From Candidatus Multivoradales bacterium (GTDB lineage: Bacteria; Acidobacteriota; Thermoanaerobaculia; Multivoradales; JAHEKO01), in contig CBDCXM010000009.1 in NCBI GenBank assembly GCA_965223855.1, forward strand, positions 640,001 to 704,000: a stretch of 64,000 bases of DNA, written 5' to 3'. Made by a program: the position numbers and the translations under genes. The notes beneath the pieces are model-generated. The model was not told the DNA's origin, did not search any database, and saw nothing but the letters and a program-made list of their open reading frames with translations. Shown here piece by piece: positions 1 through 7,890 of the stretch (positions are counted from its first letter, which is position 1; each line of letters starts with the position of its first letter).

Positions 1-1
1 C

Positions 2-472
2 ATGAACGTCACCGACCTGCGCCAGCTCCGCCGTCTCGGTAGCGGCCTTTTCACCGCCGCGCTGATCGTCCTCCATGCGCGCCTCCTGTGGAGCCGCTGG
101 AGCGACGGTTCGCTGTTCGAGCCCGGAGTGATCGCGCGCTGGTTGGCGTCCGCCGTGCTGCTGACGGCGATGCTCGCCCTCTACCGGCGCCACAGCTCGC
201 TCTTCTCCGGTCGCCGATCGGCGGTCCTGTGGCTTCTCGTCGCCCTGCTGCACGCGGCGGCGGGGATCACTCCGGTGGCGGCGACCGAGGCGACCTTGCC
301 GTGGCTGGCAGCGCCGACGCTCGCTCTCGCCCTCGCGGCCGGAGCGGCCGCGTTGCGCCCGCGAGAGCCTCAGCGGCTGGTACCGGTCGCCTTCGCCCGG
401 ACCTGCTCGCCCGGCCTGCCTCCGGCCGCAAGCCGGCGCCCCGCCGGCGCCCGCGCGCCGCCGCTCGTCTGA
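2..472 (+). CDS. 4-TM membrane protein ending in a RAPP motif; putative arrest-peptide leader of the TonB-dependent receptor locus
   Basis: 156-aa ORF with four hydrophobic segments, intramembrane His25 and His84, and a Pro/Arg-rich tail ending ...GARAPPLV-stop. The start is at the window edge, so upstream context is unseen. Confidence 0.7.
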   Translation: MNVTDLRQLRRLGSGLFTAALIVLHARLLWSRWSDGSLFEPGVIARWLASAVLLTAMLALYRRHSSLFSGRRSAVLWLLVALLHAAAGITPVAATEATLPWLAAPTLALALAAGAAALRPREPQRLVPVAFARTCSPGLPPAASRRPAGARAPPLV

Positions 473-565
473 GAGCCCCTGCCTGACGCTTCGCCGGCTT
501 TTCGTGCCGGCGGCCCCCCCGGGCTCCTCGCCCGGACGCTTCCATTTCCATTGGGAGAACCGATC

Positions 566-3547
566 ATGGCTCTCGAAGATCTGCATCGCGGCGTGCTCTA
601 CCTGCCCGCCGTCACGACACTGTTCTCGGCCTTCTTCAGCTACAACCTTTTTCGCCGCTATCGCGACAAGGGTGGCGGCGCCCACCTGCTGTGGTGGGGC
701 ATCGGCATGGTCACCTACGGCATCGGCACCTTCACCGAGGCGTGGACGTCGATCGCCGGTTGGCACCCCGCCGTGTTCAAAGCGTGGTACATCGCCGGCG
801 CCTTCCTCGGCGGCTACCCGCTCGCGCAGGGAAGCATCTTCCTGCTCATGCGGCGGCGCTTCGCCGTCGCTTCGGCGTGGATCGCCAGCGGCTTCATCCT
901 CGTCGCCTCGCTGTGCCTTCTGGCGAGCCCGATCGCCGTCGAACGGGCCCAGGAGTTCCGTCTGTCGGGCGACGTCCTCGAATGGGGATGGGTGCGGCTG
1001 CTCAGCCCGTTCATCAACATCTACTCGCTGATCTTCCTGGTCGGTGGAGCGATCGTCTCCGCGATCCGCTTTCGCCGTCACTCGAGCCTGCGCCACCGCT
1101 ACCTGGGCAACATCTGGATCGCCGTCGGCGCCCTGCTGCCGGGGATCGGCGGTTCCTTCACCCGCTTCGGCTACGTCGAAGCGCTCTACATCACCGAACT
1201 GGTCGGACTGCTGTGCATTTATCGCGGCTACCGGCTCAACATCCGCGACAGCTCGGCCGTCAGGGCCCGCGCCGTGGATCCGACCCCAACGGAGCCCGAC
1301 ATGTCTCCCGCCACCTCCCGACTCGCTCTGCTGCTCGCCCCCCTGCTCGCCCTCTCCATCCCACTGAGCGCGCAGGACGACGGCGCCTCGACCGAGGAGC
1401 CTGCGTCGTTCTTCGCCACCACCACGGTGACCGCCACCGGCTCCGAGATCGACACCTTCGAGATCGCCAATCCGGTGAACGTCATCACCGCCGAGGAGAT
1501 CGAGACGGTGGCGCCGCAGAACGCCTCCGACCTTCTGCGCTCCGAACCCGGAGTCGACGTGGACGGCGTCGGTCCCAACCAGTCGCGTCCGATCGTCCGC
1601 GGCCAGCGGGGACTGAGGGTCCTCTTCCTCGAGAACGGCCTGCGGATGAACAATCCTCGTCGTCAGACCGACTTCGGTGAGATCCCGGGCCTCGTCGACA
1701 TCGACGACGTCGCGGTGATGGAGGTCGTGCGCGGCCCGTCGTCCGTGCTTTACGGCAGTGACGCCATCGGCGGCGTGCTCAACCTGGTGACCCGCTCCGC
1801 GATCATCGGCTCCGATTTCGCCGGCTCGCTTTCCGGCCGCTACGCCTCTGCCGGCAGCGGCACGCAGTTCGGAGCCCACCTTTCCGGCGGCGGCGAACGC
1901 AGCGCCTGGAAGCTCTCGCTCACCGAGCGTTCGTTCGACGACTACGACGCCGCCGCCGGCAGCTTCGGCGCGATCGACCTGACGGACGGCGCCACGGTCA
2001 CCGACACCGGGCTCGACGACACGAGCGTGTCGGCCAGCCTCGTCTGGGCGCTCGACGACTCGAGCGACCTGCGCTTGCGATGGAACCGCTACCGCGCCGA
2101 CGACACCGGCTTCGGCTTCGTCGAACCGGAGCTGATCGGCGACGACTCCGGGGCCAGGATTCGCATCCTCTATCCGTTCCAGGACTTCGATCGGCTGGCG
2201 CTCTCCTACACCGGCAGCGACTTCGCGCTGCCGTGGATCGACTCGCTCGACGCCCAGCTCTACCACCAGAGCAACGAGCGCAACCTGGTCAACGACATCT
2301 TCATCGACATCGGCCCGATCGCGCCCGGCTTCCCGAACTCGTCGGTCCAGGCCGACACCGACAACTTCACCGATCTCGACTCGCTCGGCCTGCGTCTCGA
2401 AGCGGTCAAGAGCTTCGGCGGCCGCCACCTGCTGACCTACGGGGTCGAGGCCTACGAGGACGAGTCGTTCAACACCGACGCTTCCGTGACGACGACCACC
2501 ATCGCCTTCCCGTTTCCCCCGTTCGCCGTCGTCGACGTCCAGACCGACACCGTCGCCAACGCCCCCAACGCCACCAACTCGAGCGCCGGCATCTTCGCTC
2601 AGACGGAGCTGGCGGCGGGAGATCGCTGGAAGCTCACCTTCGGTGCGCGCTCACAGACAGTCGATACCCGCGCCGAGGCCACGCCCGGCTGGGACATCTC
2701 GGGCCTCGACTTCAGCGACAGCGCCACCGTCGCCTCGGCGAGCGCGCTCTTCCGCGCCAGCGACAACATTCACCTCTCGCTCGCCTGGGGCTCGGCGTTC
2801 CGCGCTCCGAACCTGATCGAGCGGCTGTTCAACGGCCTCACCCCGGAGGGGATCGGCTTCCAGATCCTCAACCCCGACCTGACGTCCGAAGACAGTGAGA
2901 CGGTCGATCTCGGCCTCAAGTACCGCCGCGCCGACACCCTCATGGAACTCAACCTCTTCCGCACCGACATAGACGACGGGATCGTGCAGTACTTCCTGAC
3001 CGGTGCCGACATCGCTGCGCTCCCCACCGACGTCCAGGACGAGATCGCCCAGAGCGGCGTCACCTTCGTCGTCCAGCAGCGCAACATCGACCGGCTGCGC
3101 TACGAGGGAGTGGAGCTCCTGGTTCAGCAGCGGCTCGGCAACGCCTGGACTCTCGGCGGCAACGCGACCTATCTCGACGCCGAGCGGCTCGACTCCGCCA
3201 ACCCGCCGACCGGCGACACCTTCGGCGAGAAGCTCAATCTGTTCGGCCGCTGGCAGCCGGACGGCGGTCGCGGCTGGGTCGAGTACCGGCTGCGGCACAA
3301 CGGCGGCGATCGCGCCAATCTCGATCCCGGCGAGCCGGTGCCCCCTGTCGGCCCCGAGCTGCCGTCGTTCACCGTCCACACCCTCGCCGCCGGCTACGAG
3401 GTCGGCACGACCGGACGGCTGCGGCACCATCTTGGTGTGGTGGTCGACAACCTCACCGACGAGCTCTACGCCGAGTTCTCGAACGCCGCGTTCTTCCGGC
3501 CGCAGCCGGAGCGCCGGGTGGTGGCGACCTACCGGCTGCGCTTCTAG
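566..3547 (+). CDS. 7-TM membrane domain fused in frame to a TonB-dependent receptor
   Basis: GGAG RBS before ATG 566 and no stop until 3547. The first ~230 aa hold seven hydrophobic helices; the rest is a TBDR. Confidence 0.75.
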   Translation: MALEDLHRGVLYLPAVTTLFSAFFSYNLFRRYRDKGGGAHLLWWGIGMVTYGIGTFTEAWTSIAGWHPAVFKAWYIAGAFLGGYPLAQGSIFLLMRRRFAVASAWIASGFILVASLCLLASPIAVERAQEFRLSGDVLEWGWVRLLSPFINIYSLIFLVGGAIVSAIRFRRHSSLRHRYLGNIWIAVGALLPGIGGSFTRFGYVEALYITELVGLLCIYRGYRLNIRDSSAVRARAVDPTPTEPDMSPATSRLALLLAPLLALSIPLSAQDDGASTEEPASFFATTTVTATGSEIDTFEIANPVNVITAEEIETVAPQNASDLLRSEPGVDVDGVGPNQSRPIVRGQRGLRVLFLENGLRMNNPRRQTDFGEIPGLVDIDDVAVMEVVRGPSSVLYGSDAIGGVLNLVTRSAIIGSDFAGSLSGRYASAGSGTQFGAHLSGGGERSAWKLSLTERSFDDYDAAAGSFGAIDLTDGATVTDTGLDDTSVSASLVWALDDSSDLRLRWNRYRADDTGFGFVEPELIGDDSGARIRILYPFQDFDRLALSYTGSDFALPWIDSLDAQLYHQSNERNLVNDIFIDIGPIAPGFPNSSVQADTDNFTDLDSLGLRLEAVKSFGGRHLLTYGVEAYEDESFNTDASVTTTTIAFPFPPFAVVDVQTDTVANAPNATNSSAGIFAQTELAAGDRWKLTFGARSQTVDTRAEATPGWDISGLDFSDSATVASASALFRASDNIHLSLAWGSAFRAPNLIERLFNGLTPEGIGFQILNPDLTSEDSETVDLGLKYRRADTLMELNLFRTDIDDGIVQYFLTGADIAALPTDVQDEIAQSGVTFVVQQRNIDRLRYEGVELLVQQRLGNAWTLGGNATYLDAERLDSANPPTGDTFGEKLNLFGRWQPDGGRGWVEYRLRHNGGDRANLDPGEPVPPVGPELPSFTVHTLAAGYEVGTTGRLRHHLGVVVDNLTDELYAEFSNAAFFRPQPERRVVATYRLRF
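1301..3547 (+). CDS. TonB-dependent receptor (internal start within the 566..3547 ORF)
   Basis: GGAG at 1291, ATG at 1301, signal peptide MSPATSRLALLLAPLLALSIPLSA-QD, TonB-box-like TTTVTAT, plug motif EVVRGPSSVLYGSDAIGGVLNLVT, FRAP and NPDL motifs, and C-terminal YRLRF. Confidence 0.9.
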   Translation: MSPATSRLALLLAPLLALSIPLSAQDDGASTEEPASFFATTTVTATGSEIDTFEIANPVNVITAEEIETVAPQNASDLLRSEPGVDVDGVGPNQSRPIVRGQRGLRVLFLENGLRMNNPRRQTDFGEIPGLVDIDDVAVMEVVRGPSSVLYGSDAIGGVLNLVTRSAIIGSDFAGSLSGRYASAGSGTQFGAHLSGGGERSAWKLSLTERSFDDYDAAAGSFGAIDLTDGATVTDTGLDDTSVSASLVWALDDSSDLRLRWNRYRADDTGFGFVEPELIGDDSGARIRILYPFQDFDRLALSYTGSDFALPWIDSLDAQLYHQSNERNLVNDIFIDIGPIAPGFPNSSVQADTDNFTDLDSLGLRLEAVKSFGGRHLLTYGVEAYEDESFNTDASVTTTTIAFPFPPFAVVDVQTDTVANAPNATNSSAGIFAQTELAAGDRWKLTFGARSQTVDTRAEATPGWDISGLDFSDSATVASASALFRASDNIHLSLAWGSAFRAPNLIERLFNGLTPEGIGFQILNPDLTSEDSETVDLGLKYRRADTLMELNLFRTDIDDGIVQYFLTGADIAALPTDVQDEIAQSGVTFVVQQRNIDRLRYEGVELLVQQRLGNAWTLGGNATYLDAERLDSANPPTGDTFGEKLNLFGRWQPDGGRGWVEYRLRHNGGDRANLDPGEPVPPVGPELPSFTVHTLAAGYEVGTTGRLRHHLGVVVDNLTDELYAEFSNAAFFRPQPERRVVATYRLRF

Positions 3548-3605
3548 CCCGGGCGAGGACCGGCTCCTCTCGCCGACCGTGGCCGTGGGACAATCGGCCG
3601 CGGCC

Positions 3606-5786
3606 ATGGTCGGCGAGACATTGCTCCACTATCGCCTGCTCGAACGCGCCGGCGCCGGCGCGATGGGTGAGGTGTACCGCGCCGAGGACCAGCGCCTGCG
3701 GCGCACCGTCGCCGTCAAGCTGCTGCCAGAGCGCTTCCTCGACGACCAGGCGCTGCTCGATCGCTTTCACCGCGAGGCCGAGACGCTCGCACAGCTCGAG
3801 CACCCGAACATCGTCACGATCTACTCGATCGATCAGGACCGCGGACGGCCGTTCCTCACCATGGCGTGGGTGGAGGGGGAGACGCTCGCCGCCGCGCTGC
3901 CGGCGGGTGGCTTCGAACTCGACCGCCTGCTCGAGATCGGGGTCGCACTCGCCGATGCGCTGGCCGCCGCCCACGCCAGGGGCATTACCCACCGCGATCT
4001 CAAGCCGGCCAACGTGATGCTGGCGGCCGACGGCTGCCCGCGGGTGCTCGATTTCGGGCTCGCCAAGTCTTCGGGAGTCGACCGGCCGGTCGACTCCGCG
4101 ACCGAGCCGTTGACCGAGCGGGGGATGGTGATCGGATCGCTCCCCTACATGGCGCCGGAGCAGGTGCGCGGCGGCATCGTCGATCCGCGCTCCGACGTCT
4201 TCGCTCTCGGAGTGATGCTGTACGAGCTGGCGACCGGTGAGCGGCCGTTCCGGGGCGCCACGGCCGGCGATCTGATCTCGGCGATCCTGCGCGACAGTCC
4301 GCGACCGGTCGACCAGATCCGTCCCGACCTGCCGCGTCAGCTCGCCAGGGTGTTGAGACGCTGCCTGCACAAGGATCCCGAGCGACGCTACGAGTCGGCA
4401 CGCGGGCTGCGCAACGCCCTCGAGGATCTGCAGACCGAGGTGCAGGCGGCCGAGGAGCGGGAGCGCATCACGGTCGCGGTGCTGCCGTTCGTCGACATGA
4501 GCCGCGAGAAGGACCAGGAGTACTTCTGCGCCGGCATTGCCGAGGAGATCGTCGGCGCTCTGGCGCGCCTCGAGTCGGTCTGCGTCGTGGCCCGCGCGTC
4601 GAGCTTCCAGGCGCGGGCCGGGGCGCTCGACCTGCGTGAGATGGGGTCGCGACTCGATGCCCAGGCGATCCTCGACGGCAGCGTGCGCAAGGACGGCGAC
4701 CGGGTGCGGATCAGCGTTCAGCTGGTCAACGTCGCCGACGGCTTCCACCTGTGGGCCGATCGCTACGACCGGGAGTTGACCGACATCTTCGCCATCCAGG
4801 AGGACATCGCCCAGCGGATCGCCGACGCTCTCGACGTCACCCTGTCACCGGCCGAGCGGCGATCGCTGCGCAAACCGGTGGCCGACATCGAGGCCTACGA
4901 TGCCTATCTGCGAGGGCGCCGCTTCACCGCGCTGACGACACGCTCCGGCCTCGACCGTGCCCTCGAGATGTTTCATCGGGCGATCGAGATCGACCCGGAG
5001 TACGCCCCGGCGTGGGCCGGCATCGCCGACACTCACTGCTGGCGCTACGGCTGGTTCGGATCGTGCGACGACAATCTCGAGGAGGCGGGGCGCGCCAGCC
5101 TCAGGGCGATCGAGCTGGCGCCGGAGTCCGCCGAGGCGCATGCTTCCCGCGGCTACGTGCTCTCCCTGCGCGGCTCCAGCGACGAGGCTGAAGGATGCTT
5201 TCGCCGCTCGATCGAACTCAACCCGAACCTGTTCGAGCCCTACTGGTACTGGGCGCGCGACCTCTTCACCCGCGGCGACTTCGCACCGGCGGTCGAACTG
5301 ATGGAGAAGGCGGCCGAGGTCGCGCCGCACGACTACCAGGCGCTGCTGCTCGCCCACAACGTGCACGACGCGCTGGGCAACGAGGAGCGCGCCGCCGAAG
5401 CGGCGAGAATCGGGCTCGAGCGGGCTCGTCGGGCGCTGGAACTCAACCCGCAGGACGCGCGCGCTCTCTATCTCGGCACCTTCCCGCTCTTCAATCTGGG
5501 ACGCCAGGAAGAAGCGTTCCGCAACGCCGAGCGGGCGCTGGCGATCGATCCCGAGGCACCGACGACGCTCTACAACGTCGGCTGCTTCTACGCTCTCGCC
5601 GGCCTTCGGGACAAGGCGCTCGACTGCCTCGAGAAGGCGAGCGAGGAGAATTTCGGCTTCAAGGCGTGGTTCGAGCACGACACCGATCTCGACTCTCTGC
5701 GAGACGAGCCGAGGTTCCAGGCGATTCTCGATCGGATGTCGGGCTCCGCCCACCAGGACGAAACGGGCTCAGCCCAGCCCGACTGA
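3606..5786 (+). CDS. Ser/Thr protein kinase with TolB-like and TPR domains
   Basis: GAGAMGEVY, VAVK, HRDLKPAN, DFGLAK and YMAPE motifs, then VAVLPF..MS..DQEYF TolB-like motif and TPR-like repeats. Confidence 0.93.
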   Translation: MVGETLLHYRLLERAGAGAMGEVYRAEDQRLRRTVAVKLLPERFLDDQALLDRFHREAETLAQLEHPNIVTIYSIDQDRGRPFLTMAWVEGETLAAALPAGGFELDRLLEIGVALADALAAAHARGITHRDLKPANVMLAADGCPRVLDFGLAKSSGVDRPVDSATEPLTERGMVIGSLPYMAPEQVRGGIVDPRSDVFALGVMLYELATGERPFRGATAGDLISAILRDSPRPVDQIRPDLPRQLARVLRRCLHKDPERRYESARGLRNALEDLQTEVQAAEERERITVAVLPFVDMSREKDQEYFCAGIAEEIVGALARLESVCVVARASSFQARAGALDLREMGSRLDAQAILDGSVRKDGDRVRISVQLVNVADGFHLWADRYDRELTDIFAIQEDIAQRIADALDVTLSPAERRSLRKPVADIEAYDAYLRGRRFTALTTRSGLDRALEMFHRAIEIDPEYAPAWAGIADTHCWRYGWFGSCDDNLEEAGRASLRAIELAPESAEAHASRGYVLSLRGSSDEAEGCFRRSIELNPNLFEPYWYWARDLFTRGDFAPAVELMEKAAEVAPHDYQALLLAHNVHDALGNEERAAEAARIGLERARRALELNPQDARALYLGTFPLFNLGRQEEAFRNAERALAIDPEAPTTLYNVGCFYALAGLRDKALDCLEKASEENFGFKAWFEHDTDLDSLRDEPRFQAILDRMSGSAHQDETGSAQPD

Positions 5787-5811
5787 AGACTCCTGTCGCG
5801 CCTCGAAAGCT

Positions 5812-5850
5812 CGAAAAGAAAGACGCCCGGCGTCGATTCGCCGGGCGTCT
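5812..5850 (-). terminator. Rho-independent terminator of the minus-strand ECF operon
   Basis: Perfect 12-bp stem AGACGCCCGGCG (5821-5832) / CGCCGGGCGTCT (5839-5850), followed by TTCTTTTC on the minus strand. Confidence 0.8.
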
Positions 5851-5878
5851 CGGGATCTCGAGGTCTGAGTGGCTCTGG

Positions 5879-6475
5879 CTAGTACTCGTCGCTCTCGGCA
5901 GCGGGCTTCGACTGATCCTGCTTCGCCTTCCAGATCAGGTAGCCGCCGAAGAGGATCAGCGCCACCGGCCACCACTCGTCGATCCAGTCGAGCGACATGT
6001 CGAAGCGGGTGTGGAGCAGCAGCACCGTACCGATGGCGGCGATCGTCGCTCCGGCGGGCACCGAACCGGCGAAACCGGGCATGCCCATGTCGGCGGGGAG
6101 CTCGAAGGCCGTCCGCCCGGCCAGCGCCTCGTTGATGAGGGCGGCGCGACGCCACGCATCGACGACGTTGTAGAGCCAGAAGAAGGCCAGGAACAGCCCG
6201 GCCAGTGGGATCAGCGGGCCCATCTCGCCGCTCGCAAGCAGCGTGATCGTCGTCGCCGCGACCGCCAGGTGGACGAAGCCGCGCTGGTAGTAGCCGGTGT
6301 AGACCTGGCCGAGGCCCGGCATCAGGGAGAGGAAGGCCGCGAGCAGCGGCGACTTGCGCTGCGGGTCGATCGCCGCCGGCATCGGCGGCAGCGCCCGGCG
6401 TTCGTCGGCGCGTTTCTCACGCGCCCGCTCGTGGCTGTCCTGGTGGTCGTTCATCTGCTCTTCGTGTTCGCTCAT
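5879..6475 (-). CDS. Membrane protein (TM2/LiaF-like) of ECF operon
   Basis: RKSPLLAAFLSLMPGLGQVYTG motif and C-terminal WWPVALILFG. Overlaps the anti-sigma stop by 4 bp. Confidence 0.75.
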   Translation of the reverse strand: MSEHEEQMNDHQDSHERAREKRADERRALPPMPAAIDPQRKSPLLAAFLSLMPGLGQVYTGYYQRGFVHLAVAATTITLLASGEMGPLIPLAGLFLAFFWLYNVVDAWRRAALINEALAGRTAFELPADMGMPGFAGSVPAGATIAAIGTVLLLHTRFDMSLDWIDEWWPVALILFGGYLIWKAKQDQSKPAAESDEY

Positions 6476-7236
6476 GGGTCCGTCTCCGTGGATTCGTGAG
6501 TCGCCTCTTCGGCGTTCTCAAGCAGGGACGCAGCCGAGTCCCACAAGGTTCCCAATCGTGATCCGGCCTCCTCCCACCATCCCTTCGCCTGCACCGCCGC
6601 CTCCTCGATCTCGGTCGCCGTCGACGACGCGCGAACGCGTTCGGTCCCCTGCCGCGTCAGCTCGGCGGCACGCTCCGGGACCGCGGCGAGCGGTGTCCCG
6701 GTAGCGCCGAGGAACACCACCACGAACAGCACTCCGACATAGGCGGCTTCGATAGCGAAGCGCGGACGGCGCACCCAGCGTGGCCAACTCTCGGCCCACC
6801 AGCGACGCGCCTTGATCGACCACGGCAGGGTCGCCGCCAGCACCTCGTCGACGAAGTCCCCGCCCGGATCGAGTTCGGCGAGCCAGGGCAGCTCGACCGC
6901 CAGGCGGGCGAGGGTGCGACGCAACTCCCGGCACGTGCCGCACCCCGCGGCATGCTCCTCGAGCAGAGCGGCATCGAGACGCTCGAGCGCACCGTCGATC
7001 TCCGCCGCCGCGAGCCGTCGCGCGGCCTCACAGCCGTCACCGGTCGCCGCCAGCACCGACGGCGCGAGATCGACCGGCTGCTCGTCATCCGTCATCGGCT
7101 CGAGCCGCGCCAGGCGCAGCAGCTCACCACAGCTCTCGCACCCGGCCGCGTGGTGCTCGCAGGCCGCGAGCTCGTGTCCGTCGAGTACACCCGCCTCGAG
7201 GGCCGCCAGTCGCAGCTCGAATCGACGGCAGTCCAT
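6472..7236 (-). CDS. zf-HC2 anti-sigma factor with two zinc fingers
   Basis: HHAAGCESC and EHAAGCGTC (HxxxCxxC twice), one TM helix, directly after the sigma factor. Confidence 0.85.
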   Translation of the reverse strand: MDCRRFELRLAALEAGVLDGHELAACEHHAAGCESCGELLRLARLEPMTDDEQPVDLAPSVLAATGDGCEAARRLAAAEIDGALERLDAALLEEHAAGCGTCRELRRTLARLAVELPWLAELDPGGDFVDEVLAATLPWSIKARRWWAESWPRWVRRPRFAIEAAYVGVLFVVVFLGATGTPLAAVPERAAELTRQGTERVRASSTATEIEEAAVQAKGWWEEAGSRLGTLWDSAASLLENAEEATHESTETDP

Positions 7237-7805
7237 CAGAGCGCCGCTCCGAAATCGGGATCGAGCCGGCGCACCAGATCGGCCAGTTCGAGCCGTGCAC
7301 GGTGAGAACGGGACTTGACGGTGCCGAGCGGCAGGCCGAGCATCTCGGCGATCTCGGCGAGCTTGAGCTCCTGGATGTCCTTGAGCTGGATCATCTCCCG
7401 GCTCTGTTCGCTCATCTCGCCCATGGCGCGGTAGAGGAGCGCCTTGCGGTCGCCCGCCATCGACTCGGCCTCCGGGGTCGGCTCGGAGGTCGGAAGCTGC
7501 GGAGCCTCTTCCACCGGCACTTCATGCTCCGGGGTTCGCACCTTGAGCCGTCGCAGACGGTCGATGCAGGAGTTGCGCGCCAGACGCAGCAGCCACGGCA
7601 TGAAGATCGCTTCGTCGTCGAGCCGATGGAGGTTGCGATACACCTTGACGAAGATCTCCTGCGCCGCGTCGCGCGCCTCTTCCCGGTCGCGCATGTAGGA
7701 GTAGGCGACGGCGTAGATCCGCCCCTGGGTGCGGCGCACCAGCGCCTCCCAGGCGAGGTCGTCGCCCCCCTTGCAGCGCTCGATCAGGTCTGAGACGTCG
7801 ATCAA
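7236..7805 (-). CDS. ECF RNA polymerase sigma factor
   Basis: Region 2 (DAAQEIFVKVYRNL, WLLRLARNSCID) and region 4 (EIAEMLGLPLGTVKSRSHRAR). TTG start chosen downstream of a GGAGGAGG RBS. Confidence 0.92.
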   Translation of the reverse strand: MIDVSDLIERCKGGDDLAWEALVRRTQGRIYAVAYSYMRDREEARDAAQEIFVKVYRNLHRLDDEAIFMPWLLRLARNSCIDRLRRLKVRTPEHEVPVEEAPQLPTSEPTPEAESMAGDRKALLYRAMGEMSEQSREMIQLKDIQELKLAEIAEMLGLPLGTVKSRSHRARLELADLVRRLDPDFGAAL

Positions 7806-7857
7806 CGGCTTCGAGCCTCCTCCTCCGCCACCACTGGCGGAACCGGTTGTCCACACA

Positions 7858-7883
7858 GACGCACCGGCTGCGGGAAAGGTTCC
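7858..7883 (-). promoter_or_regulatory. ECF-type (autoregulatory) promoter GGAACC-N16-CGTC
   Basis: Minus strand reads GGAACC tttcccgcagccggtg CGTC immediately upstream of the sigma gene RBS. Confidence 0.7.
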
Positions 7884-7890
7884 ATCGTTC

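Noticed and set aside
473-565. Cobalamin or other known riboswitch upstream of the TBDR
   Set aside because: The spacer is only 93 bp and lacks recognisable B12-box or other riboswitch consensus by eye. An Rfam scan would be decisive.
3003-3605. Apparent 200-aa N-terminal extension of the Ser/Thr kinase overlapping the TBDR
   Set aside because: Ser/Pro/Arg-rich off-frame read of TBDR codons. The kinase domain begins right after ATG 3606.
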